Positions 1 to 10,200 are shown, numbered from the whole stretch's first letter. The stretch is DNA of 63,644 nucleotides, filler included, from a bacterium (GCA_037439705.1; 20 parts of 20 records of this genome joined end to end with filler, not necessarily neighbours in it), one strand, 5' to 3'. Notes: generated from the sequence alone by a model not told the origin. Made by a program: numbers and translations.

Positions 1-387
1 TTTAAAAAGATCAATGAACTCATCCGGGATAAATCCTTTTGTGAGAAAAGAAAAGGGAATTTTGTCCTTTATCAAAATTTCCATACATTCATAAGCCATA
101 TTTAGAACCTTTGGATGTGGCTGGAAGGAATCTGAGGCAGTATTAAAGACCACAAAGGATGGCTTTTTTCTTGAAATTTTTCTTTCAATGAGAATTCTCG
201 TATTTGAGAAGAAAAATACCTCCCCTTCAGGAGGTGCTGAAGGGTATCCCTTTGCATAACAGTAGACGCAGGAATGAAGACAACCGAGAGTCAGGTTGAT
301 GACAGGTATTCCTGTAAGGCATCCAAATTTTACCTTCTTAAGCACATCGCTTTTTCTTTCTGTTTCAATGAGTATAGGCTCTTTCAT
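1..387 (-). CDS. Radical SAM protein, spore-photoproduct-lyase/DNA-repair-like family (3' end outside window)
   Basis: Manual translation from ATG at 387: MKEPILIETERKSDVLKK...NLTLGCLHSCVYCYAKGY...FNTASDSFQP...FLTKG. It carries the CxxxCxxC motif and SPL-like 'SDxFQP' and 'LTK' motifs. Not in the ORF track. Confidence 0.8.
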   Translation of the reverse strand, partial: MKEPILIETERKSDVLKKVKFGCLTGIPVINLTLGCLHSCVYCYAKGYPSAPPEGEVFFFSNTRILIERKISRKKPSFVVFNTASDSFQPHPKVLNMAYECMEILIKDKIPFSFLTKGFIPDEFIDLFK

Positions 388-396
388 GACTAAAGG

Positions 397-846
397 TTAT
401 GCCTTTTGTTTTTTACAATTGGAACAGAAGCCGTATAATTCCAGTTTGTGGTCCTCAATTACGAATCCAAATTTTTTGGCAATTTCCTCTTGAAGTTTTT
501 CTATTCTCTCGTCCTCAAATTCTTTTATACTCCCGCACCCCAGACATATTATGTGGTCGTGATGTTTCCTTTCATCCTGGACAAGTTCGTAAACCGATAT
601 TCTTTCGTTGAATTTTCTTTTTCTCGTTATTCTTTCATCAGTCAAAATCCTGAGCGTTCTGTAAACAGTGGCGTAACCCGTAGAGGGGCAGGACTTTTTT
701 AAAATGGAATATATTTCATCCGGGGAAAGGTGTTTTTTTGAGGATGTAAGAATTTCAATTATTTTTTTTCGGGCTTTAGTAAGTCTCATTCCTTTCTTTT
801 TGAGATTGTTTTTTAATTCTTCGAGTCTTTCTTCTTTTCTGTTCAC
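397..846 (-). CDS. fur: Fur-family metal-responsive transcriptional repressor
   Basis: RLTKAR, HLSPDEIY, ATVYRTL, HHDHIICLGCG and C-terminal CSNC motifs. Metal specificity (Fur/Zur/PerR) cannot be determined. Confidence 0.9.
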   Translation of the reverse strand: MNRKEERLEELKNNLKKKGMRLTKARKKIIEILTSSKKHLSPDEIYSILKKSCPSTGYATVYRTLRILTDERITRKRKFNERISVYELVQDERKHHDHIICLGCGSIKEFEDERIEKLQEEIAKKFGFVIEDHKLELYGFCSNCKKQKA

Positions 847-926
847 CTTTTACTTTATATCTTATTCCTTCCAATTTTTCAAGGGTTCAATTTGATAAAA
901 GATGAAGGAGGACTTAAAATAAATGT

Positions 927-1325
927 ATGGGAATCAAAACTGGAAAAGAGCATACTACTTTAAGCGACATAAATGTTACTCCTTTTGTGGATGTGGTTCT
1001 TGTGCTTTTGATTATATTTATGATTTCTGCTCCCATGCTTAAGGTGGGACTTGAAGCCCAGCTTCCAAAAGCAAAAACTTCTGAAGAGATAAATGCAGAA
1101 AATGCAGTTGTTATAACTATTAAAAAGACTGGCAAAATTTCTGTTAACGGGAAGGAGGTTTCAAGGGAGAATTTCATACGAAGGGTTAAGGAGGAAATGA
1201 AAGGTAAAAAGCCAATTCTCATTGAAGCGGATGCAAAGGTTTTCTATGAGGAGGTGATTGATATTCTTAACAGGTTAAGGGAGGAGGGATTTACCGAGAT
1301 AGGGCTCATCGCGGAGAGGGAATGA
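927..1325 (+). CDS. tolR: TolR/ExbD biopolymer transport protein
   Basis: DINVTPFVDVVLVLLIIFMISAP transmembrane motif and IEADAKVFY; lies upstream of tolA-like and tolB genes. Confidence 0.85.
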   Translation: MGIKTGKEHTTLSDINVTPFVDVVLVLLIIFMISAPMLKVGLEAQLPKAKTSEEINAENAVVITIKKTGKISVNGKEVSRENFIRRVKEEMKGKKPILIEADAKVFYEEVIDILNRLREEGFTEIGLIAERE

Positions 1326-2137
1326 TGCCCTGGGATATTTTAAAAAAGGGGGTTCTTTTTGCAACTTTCATCCACCTTCTTCTTTTTATAGCTATAACTG
1401 TTCCTTCATCAACTCCTTCGAAAAAAAAATTTGTTAGGGTTTCACTCTATACGTTTTCTCCGGGAAAGGGAGGTGAAAAAATTCAGGAAGCAGGGGAAGA
1501 GGTAAGAATACGGGAAGTTCCGGAAGTTCAAAAGCCTTCAGTAAAAGAAGAGGTCAAAAAGCCTGAAACGGTTAAACCCGAACCATCCAAAAATGTGGAG
1601 AAGAGTTCCCCAAAAGAAAAACAGGTTGCGGTGAAAAAAGAGAAAAAAGTGGATGCTGGGTTTAAAGAAAGGAAAGAAGAAAAATTGAAAGATAAATTGA
1701 AAAATGCAAAAAAATCCACCAGTAATGCAAAAGAGGAAAAAGGGGTTGATAGAGGAAAAAAGGAAATTTCTAAAAAACCCTCTGGAGAAGGCGGAGTAGG
1801 TTCTGCGAAAGGTGTATAGGGAAATGTAGAAAAAGACATGGAAGAGGAATTTATTCCTGAGGACATAAAAAGTCAGTATGGAGCCCTTCTCTGGAAAAGC
1901 GTAAAAGAAAAATGGATGATAGTTTCTCCTCTTCAGGGTAAAAACCTAAAGGCAGAGATTCTTGTAAAAATTTCTCCTGATGGAAAAATTCTTGAAAGGA
2001 GGGTTGAAAAAACTTCAGGAAATCCAACCTTTGATGCCCTCGCTTTAAGCGTTATAGATTCAATTCAGAGTTTTTCACCACCGCCATGGAATCCAAAAAA
2101 ACCGGTGGAGATAATTTTTATATTCTCGTCGGAATGA
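1322..2137 (+). CDS. tolA: TolA/TonB-family protein, interrupted by an in-frame TAG at 1817-1819
   Basis: ORF 1322-1819 (N-terminal TM helix with His, then a Lys/Glu/Pro-rich linker) and ORF 1838-2137 (TonB_C-like domain, KTSGNPTFDALAL) are in the same frame, separated by a single TAG. Confidence 0.75.
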
Positions 2138-3267
2138 AGGCATTTTTCTTAATAGGAATTCTTATCTCCCAGATTGTTATTGAGGTAAAAGAACCTTCCA
2201 TTAAAAAGATAGGGGTTTCCATTCAGGCTCCTCCGGAGATAGTAAAAAGGATGGAAAAAATGCTCGGGTATTTTGGGGAGGTAGAAACAGGAGAGGAAGA
2301 TTACAGGATAAGAGTTACATCCTCTGATGGAAAATGGGTTTTAAGTCTTTCAGGTCCTGGAATAAACATAACGAAAAACTTTTCAGGAAAAAATCCTGCA
2401 ATTCTTGCTAAGGAATTTTCAAACATATTTGTTAAAGAAGTTCTTTCAAGAAATCCGCCTTTTGCCTCAAATATAGCATTCGTTGAGGGAGCGCCCGGAA
2501 AAAGGGAGGTGGTGATTTCCTCTCCTGATGGAATGGACAAAAGAAAACTTTCTACAGGATGCAAGCTTGCCATGTCTCCTTCATGGGCTCCTGATGGAAG
2601 GAATCTGTTTTTTGTTTGCTACATGGTTAAAAAGCCGGATATATTCATTATAGATTTACAGGAAGGGATTCAAAGACCATTCTTAACATCCCAGAATTTT
2701 AAAGCCACTCCTCAAATATCTCCGGACGGACGACACATAGCATATTCCACATCCGATGGGGAAAAAATTGACCTTTTTCTTTACGAGTTAAAAACAGGAA
2801 ACATAAAAAGGCTTACATCCGATGAATACATTGAGGTTTCTCCTTCTTTTTCTCCGGATGGAAAGAGAATTGCATATACCAGTGATAGGGGAGGTAAACC
2901 CGGTATCTACATTATGGATTTGCAAACCGGAAAAAAGGAGAGGATAACATCGCCCTTTGAGTATGCCACATCGCCAAAGTTTTCTCCGGATGGAACAAAA
3001 CTTATATATACAAAGGTTCAAAACACTCCGACTGTCTACCTATATTCCATTGCTGAAAGGATAGAGAAAATGGTTATAATGGACTCATTTTACGGCTGTG
3101 AAAACCCATCCTTTGCTCCCTCAGGAGACCTTATAGCAGTTTCCTGCAGGGATGATACTATGCGCTGGAGAATATATATAGTTGACCTTCTCTTAGGAAA
3201 AACATCACTCCTTACCCAATCATCTTCTGACCAGAAGACTCCATCCTGGTCTCCTTCTCTCTGGTAG
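2134..3267 (+). CDS. tolB: TolB-like beta-propeller protein (PD40 repeats)
   Basis: Repeated SPSWAPDG/SPSFSPDG/SPKFSPDG motifs. Likely start is the ATG overlapping the upstream TGA. Confidence 0.85.
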   Translation: MKAFFLIGILISQIVIEVKEPSIKKIGVSIQAPPEIVKRMEKMLGYFGEVETGEEDYRIRVTSSDGKWVLSLSGPGINITKNFSGKNPAILAKEFSNIFVKEVLSRNPPFASNIAFVEGAPGKREVVISSPDGMDKRKLSTGCKLAMSPSWAPDGRNLFFVCYMVKKPDIFIIDLQEGIQRPFLTSQNFKATPQISPDGRHIAYSTSDGEKIDLFLYELKTGNIKRLTSDEYIEVSPSFSPDGKRIAYTSDRGGKPGIYIMDLQTGKKERITSPFEYATSPKFSPDGTKLIYTKVQNTPTVYLYSIAERIEKMVIMDSFYGCENPSFAPSGDLIAVSCRDDTMRWRIYIVDLLLGKTSLLTQSSSDQKTPSWSPSLW

Positions 3268-3446
3268 TTTGATAAATGAAGGAAAAGGTGATTGTGATAG
3301 GGGTTCCGGTTGATGTCAATCCTGAAGAGGAATCAATTGAGATAAAAAGAATGGCTGTTTGTAAAATCCTTCCTTCCAGAGAAGAATCGGTTTCAAAGAC
3401 CAGCTTTGGTCTTTTATCCGAAAAATTTTCTTTAGAAAAATTTGTC

Positions 3447-3546
3447 NNNNNNNNNNNNNNNNNNNNNNNNNNNNNNNNNNNNNNNNNNNNTTAATTAATT
3501 AANNNNNNNNNNNNNNNNNNNNNNNNNNNNNNNNNNNNNNNNNNNN
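3447..3546. other. Artificial contig linker (N44-TTAATTAATTAA-N44); 19 such linkers in the window
   Basis: Identical 100-bp spacers begin at 3447, 6971, 10471, 13915, 17255, 20577, 23882, 27135, 30365, 33594, 36783, 39923, 43056, 46098, 49128, 52106, 55036, 57927 and 60803. Confidence 0.98.
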
Positions 3547-4685
3547 ATTCTATTGTGGGAAAAATCTCTCCAGAAGAAATGGCAGAATTTATAGCAAACA
3601 GGGAACTAATTCTGATTGACAATACCATAAGCTGGGCGGAGACATTCATCTCATCAGCAGTAACAATAGATGCATCGGTTGAAAAAGTATGGAATGTAGT
3701 GACCGATTTCAATTCCTATTCACTCTTCATGCCCCTCGTAACAAAATCGGGAGAGAGACAGATTTCGGAAAATTTAATTGATACTTCCTTCACGCTCACC
3801 TTCAAAATAGCAATAATTCCCTTTTCCATAAATTTTTCTCTCCTTCATCGCCTTTATCCCTATGAAGATATCACCTGGACGCTTTCCAGAAAAGATGAAG
3901 ACCTTGCTGTTGATTATGGAAAATGGGAATTCTTCCCTCTTGAGGAGAACAAAAGAACCCTTGCCATATATTCGGTTTTTACGAAGGCAAAAAGTAATTT
4001 TATCATGAAAATTGTTGAAAAGGAGCCAATTATTGATCTCGGATTTGATATAGCCTTAAGTTCAGCAGTTCCAAAGGTCGTTAAGGAAAAAATTGAAGGA
4101 AAGGAATGGAAGGAAGATACTCATATTCCTGAGGATTTAAATCTAGAAAAACTGAAAAATATTTTTGAAAGAGGAAGTGTGGTCCTCATTTCTCCTTCAA
4201 CACCATTGAACTGGTATTTCTCATATACTCTCTTTGAAACTCCTGTTGAAAGGGTGTGGGATGTGGTTGTGGACTACAAAAATTACAACCAATTTGTTCC
4301 GATGATTCGATCTGTCAAGGTTAAAAATAAAAAAGATGGAAGGACAGTCATCACTTATGAGATTGATTTCAATTTCATAATCTTCAAAAAGAAAACAAAA
4401 TACAGCGTTGAGCAGGAATTCAATCCATATAGAGAAATAAAATGGAATTATCTTGAAGGTGAGATAAAGGGAGTAAAAGGAAACTGGAATTTTTATAAAA
4501 TTGACGAAAATAAAACCATGGGCATATACTCATGGACATCAGACCTCAGGTCTACAGGTTTCATATTCAAACTCCTCCTCAAGAGTTTTCCCATCCTTGA
4601 AGACTCCATTCAGGCATCCATAGGAGCTGCCTTCACTCAGGCTGTGCAGGAAGAAGTAAAAAGAAGGCAAAAATCCTCACACTGA
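3547..4685 (+). CDS. Tandem SRPBCC/START (polyketide cyclase-like) lipid-binding protein, 5' partial
   Basis: Two homologous domains: 'IDASVEKVWNVVTDFNSYSLFMP...GKWEF' and 'FETPVERVWDVVVDYKNYNQFVP...GNWNF'. Confidence 0.8.
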
Positions 4686-4686
4686 A

Positions 4687-6828
4687 TTGCCTGATATAAG
4701 GACAATTTTTTTCATCTTCGGCGCACTCTCAATAGGCGTTCAAACACTTCTAATAAGGTCCTTTATCTCTACCTACTCGGGAAATGAATTCGTTATGGGT
4801 TTCTGTTTGAGCAGTTGGCTAATAGGGGTTGCCCTGGGAGGATTTTTTATGGGAAGAATTTCAGACAGAATAAAAAACAAGGAATTTGCCTTCAAAATTT
4901 CTCTCCTTCTCACAGGAATGTTATCGGTTTTATCAGTGATATTTGCTATCTCCTCCAAAAGGCTACATGGCATACTTCCATACGAAATCGCTCCTGTTTC
5001 TCACATAATTCTGGCATCCTTCCTCTCAACCATTCCGGTATCTTTTATCTTCGGCTTCACATTTGCCCTCTCGGTATCTTACCTGAAAAAAGAAGACGCT
5101 ATAAGATTTGTTTACTTTTTTGAATCAGCAGGCTCATTCCTTGGCGGAGGAATTTTATCTGCTGGGATAATTCCCTTTTTGAACCATCTATCGGGCGGAT
5201 TTATTGTTCTGGGAATATGCGGTTTCACAATTTCCCTCTTCATCAAAAGAGTAGAGTTGAAGTGGCTTATTTGTTTTCTTTCAATCCTTACCCTCCTTTC
5301 CATTTCATTTGATAAAGAACTCGGTAAAATCTCTCAGAAAATAAAATTGGGAATCAACCCATCTGATTACAGAGCAAGTCCTTTTGGTGAACATGTTTGT
5401 TTTGAAAGGGATGAAACAAATTATATCCTGTTAAACAGCCTTCCCATAATCACATATCCTGAAAGAAAATCCGTTGAGATGAACCTTTATCTACCACTCC
5501 TTCTTTCCGGTGAGAATGAAGAGGTTCTTTTTATCGGTGGCTCAATATCAGGAGAGGGAAGGCTTCTTCCTGAAAACGCTAACGCATCTTTCATAATATA
5601 TCCGCAGGAACTTCTTGAGATGGAGAAAAAATTTTTTAAACCCCAAAGGAAATTAAATGTCATTTCAATGGACCCTATAAAATTTTTGAAGGAAGAAAAC
5701 AGGGAATATAAAGTTATAGCAATTCTTCATCCCGACCCATCGGGCGCTCAGGAAAACCGAGTTTTCACGGAGGAATTCTTTGAACTCACAAAAAAGAGGA
5801 TTAAAAAGAATGGCTTTCTTGTTGTGTTTGCAGGGGAGCCATCAAATTACATGAGTGAGGAACAGAGAGATTACCTTGCCTGCCTTCTCAAAACGCTCAA
5901 AAGCTCTTTTTCTCATGTGGAAGTCCTTCCTTCAATAAGATTTGCCTTCATAGCCTCAGACCTTCCAGTGGACCTTGATGAAGTTATAGAAAAAATAAAT
6001 GTCTTCAATGCGAAATATGCGATAAAGGAGTACCTTTTATGGGATGCAAGTGAGGAAAGGAGAAATTATTACATTTCGGAGATAAAGAAGTCCATTCCTC
6101 ATGTGGAATTGAATACCGTTGAGAGACCATCGCTCTATTTTTATTACATGAGATTTCTCGGAGGAAAAGAAGGTGCAAAATTTCAGAATCTGTTGAGGGG
6201 GATTGAAAACATAAAATTCTGGCACATCATTATTTTCTTTTTATTTCTCAGCCTTCTCTCACTGAAAGGGGAATTTTTGAATATTCCCTCCCTTTCCCTT
6301 TTCGGAGCGTTCATTGTGGGTTTCTCCGGACTCCTTTCCGAAATAAATCTCGCAATTCTCTATCAGAGCATCTTCGGATACCTTTATCTAACAGTTGGAC
6401 TTTTCATATCCACATTCATGGGAGGACTGACATTGGGGACAGCAGGAAGGGGAAAGGAAGAAAAGGGATTTATTCTTCACCTTTTACTTCTTTCTCTCTT
6501 CTCAGGAGTATGCTGGTGGATATTTTCACAAAGATATCTGGAGGGAGTCAGGATTTTTTATGGAACCATTATCTTTCTAATCCTCAACTTCCTTTACGGA
6601 TTTCTGACGGGAAGAATTTTCAGGGAATCAGCCTCAATAATAAAAATTCCAAGCGGAAGGACAGCGGGAATAATGGATGGAATTGACCATTTGGGAGGAG
6701 CCATTTCCGCATTTTTCTCATCTCTCCTTTTCATACCGGTTTTTGGAAGTGCGGAATGTTTTATACTGATAGTAATTCTTTCAGGATTCGGAATTTTAAC
6801 CCCCCTAATTTCTCGTTTGCTTTATTGA
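4687..6828 (+). CDS. Fused membrane/spermidine-synthase-like (SAM-dependent fold) protein
   Basis: N-terminal TM block (SGNEF, FESAGSFLGG), a central Rossmann-like domain (DPIKFLK...NRVFTEEFF) and a C-terminal TM block (YQSIFGYLY, DHLGGAI). Confidence 0.75.
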   Translation: MPDIRTIFFIFGALSIGVQTLLIRSFISTYSGNEFVMGFCLSSWLIGVALGGFFMGRISDRIKNKEFAFKISLLLTGMLSVLSVIFAISSKRLHGILPYEIAPVSHIILASFLSTIPVSFIFGFTFALSVSYLKKEDAIRFVYFFESAGSFLGGGILSAGIIPFLNHLSGGFIVLGICGFTISLFIKRVELKWLICFLSILTLLSISFDKELGKISQKIKLGINPSDYRASPFGEHVCFERDETNYILLNSLPIITYPERKSVEMNLYLPLLLSGENEEVLFIGGSISGEGRLLPENANASFIIYPQELLEMEKKFFKPQRKLNVISMDPIKFLKEENREYKVIAILHPDPSGAQENRVFTEEFFELTKKRIKKNGFLVVFAGEPSNYMSEEQRDYLACLLKTLKSSFSHVEVLPSIRFAFIASDLPVDLDEVIEKINVFNAKYAIKEYLLWDASEERRNYYISEIKKSIPHVELNTVERPSLYFYYMRFLGGKEGAKFQNLLRGIENIKFWHIIIFFLFLSLLSLKGEFLNIPSLSLFGAFIVGFSGLLSEINLAILYQSIFGYLYLTVGLFISTFMGGLTLGTAGRGKEEKGFILHLLLLSLFSGVCWWIFSQRYLEGVRIFYGTIIFLILNFLYGFLTGRIFRESASIIKIPSGRTAGIMDGIDHLGGAISAFFSSLLFIPVFGSAECFILIVILSGFGILTPLISRLLY

Positions 6829-6970
6829 GAGGATTTTATTATCACATCTTTGAAATTTTTTACATAGTTTTCTTTCAAGAATGAACGCCAGTTTTCATAA
6901 CCCTTAAGGTATATGTTGAAAAACGCGAGAATAAAAGCCTTTTCATATCGTCTTTGTTTTTCTGGAAGCA
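6822..6970 (-). CDS. C-terminal fragment of an unknown protein (possibly an alpha/beta hydrolase)
   Basis: Open from the contig edge: LPEKQRRYEKAFILAFFNIYLKGYENWRSFLKENY...SQ*. Confidence 0.4.
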
Positions 6971-7070
6971 NNNNNNNNNNNNNNNNNNNNNNNNNNNNNN
7001 NNNNNNNNNNNNNNTTAATTAATTAANNNNNNNNNNNNNNNNNNNNNNNNNNNNNNNNNNNNNNNNNNNN

Positions 7071-7782
7071 GCAGGGAAATCTATAAGGAAGAACTGAAAA
7101 AATATCTGAACTCCAAAACGAATGTTTTATGTGATGACTGCAAGAGGAGAGCAAACTATAATCCTTTGAGGTTTTTTGATTGCAAGAATGAAAGTGATGA
7201 AACTAAGGACAGGGCACCACAGATTTCAGAGTTTTTGTGCGATGACTGCAAAAAGCATTTTTACGAGGTTATTTCCTATACTAAAGGATTACCATCATTG
7301 AAGACAAAGGGCTTGTGAGAGGACTTGATTACTACACCCGGACAGTGTTTGAGGTATATTCGGATAAAGAAGGAAGGGATTTTGTGGTTGCAGGCGGAGG
7401 AAGGTATGATTCTTTAGTAAAGAATCTCGGAGGACCTGATATTCCAGCAGTTGGATTTGCACTCGGATGCGAAAGGACTATCTCACTCATGAGCAGACCT
7501 CCAGAAAAAAGGAGCGGATTTTTCGTGGTATCAGCAGTAGAAAAATACAACGAAAAGGTTTTTGAGATTGTTTACAAAATGAGAGAGAAGGGGAAGAAAT
7601 GTGATTTTTCACCCTCTTTTGGAAGTTTGAAATCACAGATGAGAAGAGCAGATGCTCAGGGAATGAAATATGTGGTAATTATTGGAGAGGAATTTGAAAG
7701 GGGAATTTTTTCAATAAAAGACCTTGAAAACGGAAATCAGCTTACAATTCCTTATGAAGAGTTATTCTCTCTTTCGGATTGA
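7071..7782 (+). CDS. hisS: Histidyl-tRNA synthetase, 3' part, with an apparent 1-bp frameshift near 7292
   Basis: Frame from 7073 gives LCDDCKRRANYNPLRFFDCK...LCDDCKKHF. A second frame gives LVRGLDYYTRTVFE, GGGRYD, PAVGFALGCER and the anticodon-binding domain. Confidence 0.92.
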
Positions 7783-7786
7783 GCGT

Positions 7787-9331
7787 TCAGAATATGCTTA
7801 GCCCTTCATTCGCATATTTCACTAAAACTGCAATAGCCCTGTTTAAGAGGTAATTATCCGGAAGAACGAATTGGTTTTCACCTTCTCCTGTTTCTGCCGG
7901 GTTTATATAGATTGAACTGTTGAAAGTTGGGTCCTGAAAGGCTATATACGGGATTGTGTAATTTATGGATGGGAATATACCATCTTCTTTAATTTTTACT
8001 CCGGAAACAATTTTTGAATCGTTAAAATTGTATGTAAAAGTAAAAGAATCCGGAAAATGAGGGACATCGTGTATGTAGATGAAATTGAATCCCTTATCAA
8101 AAGGGCATTCTCCTTCAACAATGAACTTTTTTGGGGTTGTTATGTTATAATCGTCATCATACCAGTATGGCAGGAGTCTTCTTAACGGGACCGGATTTCT
8201 GAAAAATGCGGAGAGGTCAATTTCTAAAACCTCAGGTATGGGTGGTTGATTTATAGTTTCAAGAAGGGCATTGAGTGGCTTAAAGCCGATTCTTTCATAA
8301 GATTTTTGAGGATTTTCTACAGCCACCATCTGCTCCCACAGGGTTTGAGAGTATTCTTCAATGGTTTCTATCATCTTTTTCACCACAGGATAAATTTGGA
8401 GGGTCATTTTTATTCTGATTCCGCTTGAGACATCGGGGAAGTTTATTATGTCAGCATCAAAAGATTTTATGCCAAATACAAACTCGTCCCCAACATCAAG
8501 TTTCCCCTTTTCTCCATTATCAATGAATCCGAGAACATCATCATCCTGATATTCGTCTTCTTTGTTGAACAAATAGGAAAAAAATCCAGTGTCATCTGAA
8601 GTAGTTGTTTTTGTCCCTCCGTTTGAATATATGAATTCTGCTATTTTTTTAAGCCTTTCTGGAAGGATGGAAAATCTTTTCTTCAGTTCAGGGTCTTTTG
8701 AAAACTCAAAAAGTCTCGGGTTTGCATCCACAAGTCCACCGAATTCCCTCAGGGTTGCTAAGGGTTCATCATAAATGTTGGGAACGATTAAATTTTGGAT
8801 CTCCCCAGAGTGAGAAAAGATGAAGTCAACCCCAGAAAGGATTGTGTTCGCAAAAATTGAAAAGATGAGAGCCTCTCCTTCATCCCATTCATCCCCGAGA
8901 ACAACCATAAGGTAGGAATCTCCTCCCTTTTTGCCAAGTTCAATTTTTAAGCCTTCTTCAAGAAGAAAACTGCACTTCTTTGATATTATTTCATCCGCCA
9001 GTTCATCAATTCTTACGAGGTATTCTTCAAGGGGCTTTATTACCTGATAATAAGCCTGTGCGAGATAATCTACTGCTAAAGGAGAAAGGGAAACTTGAGA
9101 AAGGGTATTTATCTCATTTAAAAATACCAGAAAATTTGCGAGCATGGAAGCGTAAAGGAATTCACATTCCTGCAATTTGTCTTTATTTTCCTCTAAGTAG
9201 ACCAATGCTGATTCTCCATCCCCTTTTGAAAGAAAACCCTTTAATATGCCTTGGGGAGACTCCTTTGAAGAACCATTACCGCTACATCCAACTAAAAAAG
9301 CCAGAAAAATAATGGAAACCCTTTTCTTCAT
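7787..9331 (-). CDS. Hypothetical lipoprotein, 514 aa
   Basis: Signal peptide with lipobox LVGC; AGGAGGAG ribosome-binding site upstream. No family recognised. Confidence 0.7.
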   Translation of the reverse strand: MKKRVSIIFLAFLVGCSGNGSSKESPQGILKGFLSKGDGESALVYLEENKDKLQECEFLYASMLANFLVFLNEINTLSQVSLSPLAVDYLAQAYYQVIKPLEEYLVRIDELADEIISKKCSFLLEEGLKIELGKKGGDSYLMVVLGDEWDEGEALIFSIFANTILSGVDFIFSHSGEIQNLIVPNIYDEPLATLREFGGLVDANPRLFEFSKDPELKKRFSILPERLKKIAEFIYSNGGTKTTTSDDTGFFSYLFNKEDEYQDDDVLGFIDNGEKGKLDVGDEFVFGIKSFDADIINFPDVSSGIRIKMTLQIYPVVKKMIETIEEYSQTLWEQMVAVENPQKSYERIGFKPLNALLETINQPPIPEVLEIDLSAFFRNPVPLRRLLPYWYDDDYNITTPKKFIVEGECPFDKGFNFIYIHDVPHFPDSFTFTYNFNDSKIVSGVKIKEDGIFPSINYTIPYIAFQDPTFNSSIYINPAETGEGENQFVLPDNYLLNRAIAVLVKYANEGLSIF

Positions 9332-9390
9332 GGCTCCTCCTTTAATTTATTTCAAAAAATATTATATCATAAAAAGAAAGGAGGAGAAAG

Positions 9391-10200
9391 ATGTCAAAGG
9401 TATTATATGAAGTCCGGGGACATATAGCAGTAATAACCCTGAGTCGTCCTGAAAGGATAAATGCACTGGATATGGATGTGTGGAGACTTCTTGGAGAGTA
9501 TGCTGAAAGACTTGCTAAAGAAAAGGATGTGAGATGTGCTGTCCTTATAGGAAGTGGAGAAAAGGGATTCACAGCGGGTTTAGACCTTAAAGGAGAATTT
9601 CCAATGATGGAAATCCTTCAGGAAGAATCCGAATCTCTCAAGGTTCAAAAACTCTACGAAATGGTAAAGGAGATGAGGGATGTATTTACAAAAATTGAGG
9701 AACAGCCAAAGCCTGTGATTGCCGGAATTCACGGGTACTGTCTTGGTGGAGGCGTTCAGCTGATAGCATGTTGTGATATAAGAATAGCCTCAGAGGATGC
9801 AAAATTTGCCCTTCCCGAAGTTCAGATGGGAATGTTCCCGGATCTCGGTGGAACGCAGAGGCTTCCAAGGATAATAGGTCCCGGGGCAACCAAAGAGCTC
9901 ATATTCACCGGAAAAATGATAGATGCAAATGAGGCATTGAGAATTCATCTTGTTGATAGGGTGGTAAAAAGGGAAAAATTATTTGATGAGGTAATGAAAC
10001 TGGCAGAAGAAATTGCGAGAAATGCTCCGATTGCGGTTCAGAACGCAAAAAGGGCTATAAACAATTATATGAGGTTTCACCTCTCCGATGGTCTTGAATA
10101 TGAAACCAGACTTTCTTCAATAACCCTTAACTCAAAAGACCTTTTGAGAGGACTTGCTTCAGCATTTAATAAGGAGGCAAGAAAGTTTGAGGGTAACTAA
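9391..10200 (+). CDS. Enoyl-CoA hydratase/isomerase (crotonase) family protein
   Basis: RPERINAL, FTAGLDLK, PKPVIAGIHGYCLGGG, CDIRIA, FALPEV and GGTQRLPRIIG motifs. Confidence 0.93.
   Translation: MSKVLYEVRGHIAVITLSRPERINALDMDVWRLLGEYAERLAKEKDVRCAVLIGSGEKGFTAGLDLKGEFPMMEILQEESESLKVQKLYEMVKEMRDVFTKIEEQPKPVIAGIHGYCLGGGVQLIACCDIRIASEDAKFALPEVQMGMFPDLGGTQRLPRIIGPGATKELIFTGKMIDANEALRIHLVDRVVKREKLFDEVMKLAEEIARNAPIAVQNAKRAINNYMRFHLSDGLEYETRLSSITLNSKDLLRGLASAFNKEARKFEGN

Noticed and set aside
847..926. Fur box between fur and tolR (also AT-rich candidates near 22850 and 29805)
   Set aside because: Only weak resemblance to GATAATGATAATCATTATC, expected by chance in AT-rich DNA.
3276..3446. Short ORF after tolB, with inverted repeat AAAGACCA-GCTT-TGGTCTTT, as pal or as the 5' end of the START protein
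   Set aside because: No lipobox or Pal motif; it is separated from the START gene by an artificial linker; too short to assign, and the hairpin lies inside the ORF.
3491..3502. Regularly recurring TTAATTAATTAA palindrome as a repeat array or CRISPR
   Set aside because: Always centred in 100-bp N blocks; it is an artificial all-frame stop linker.
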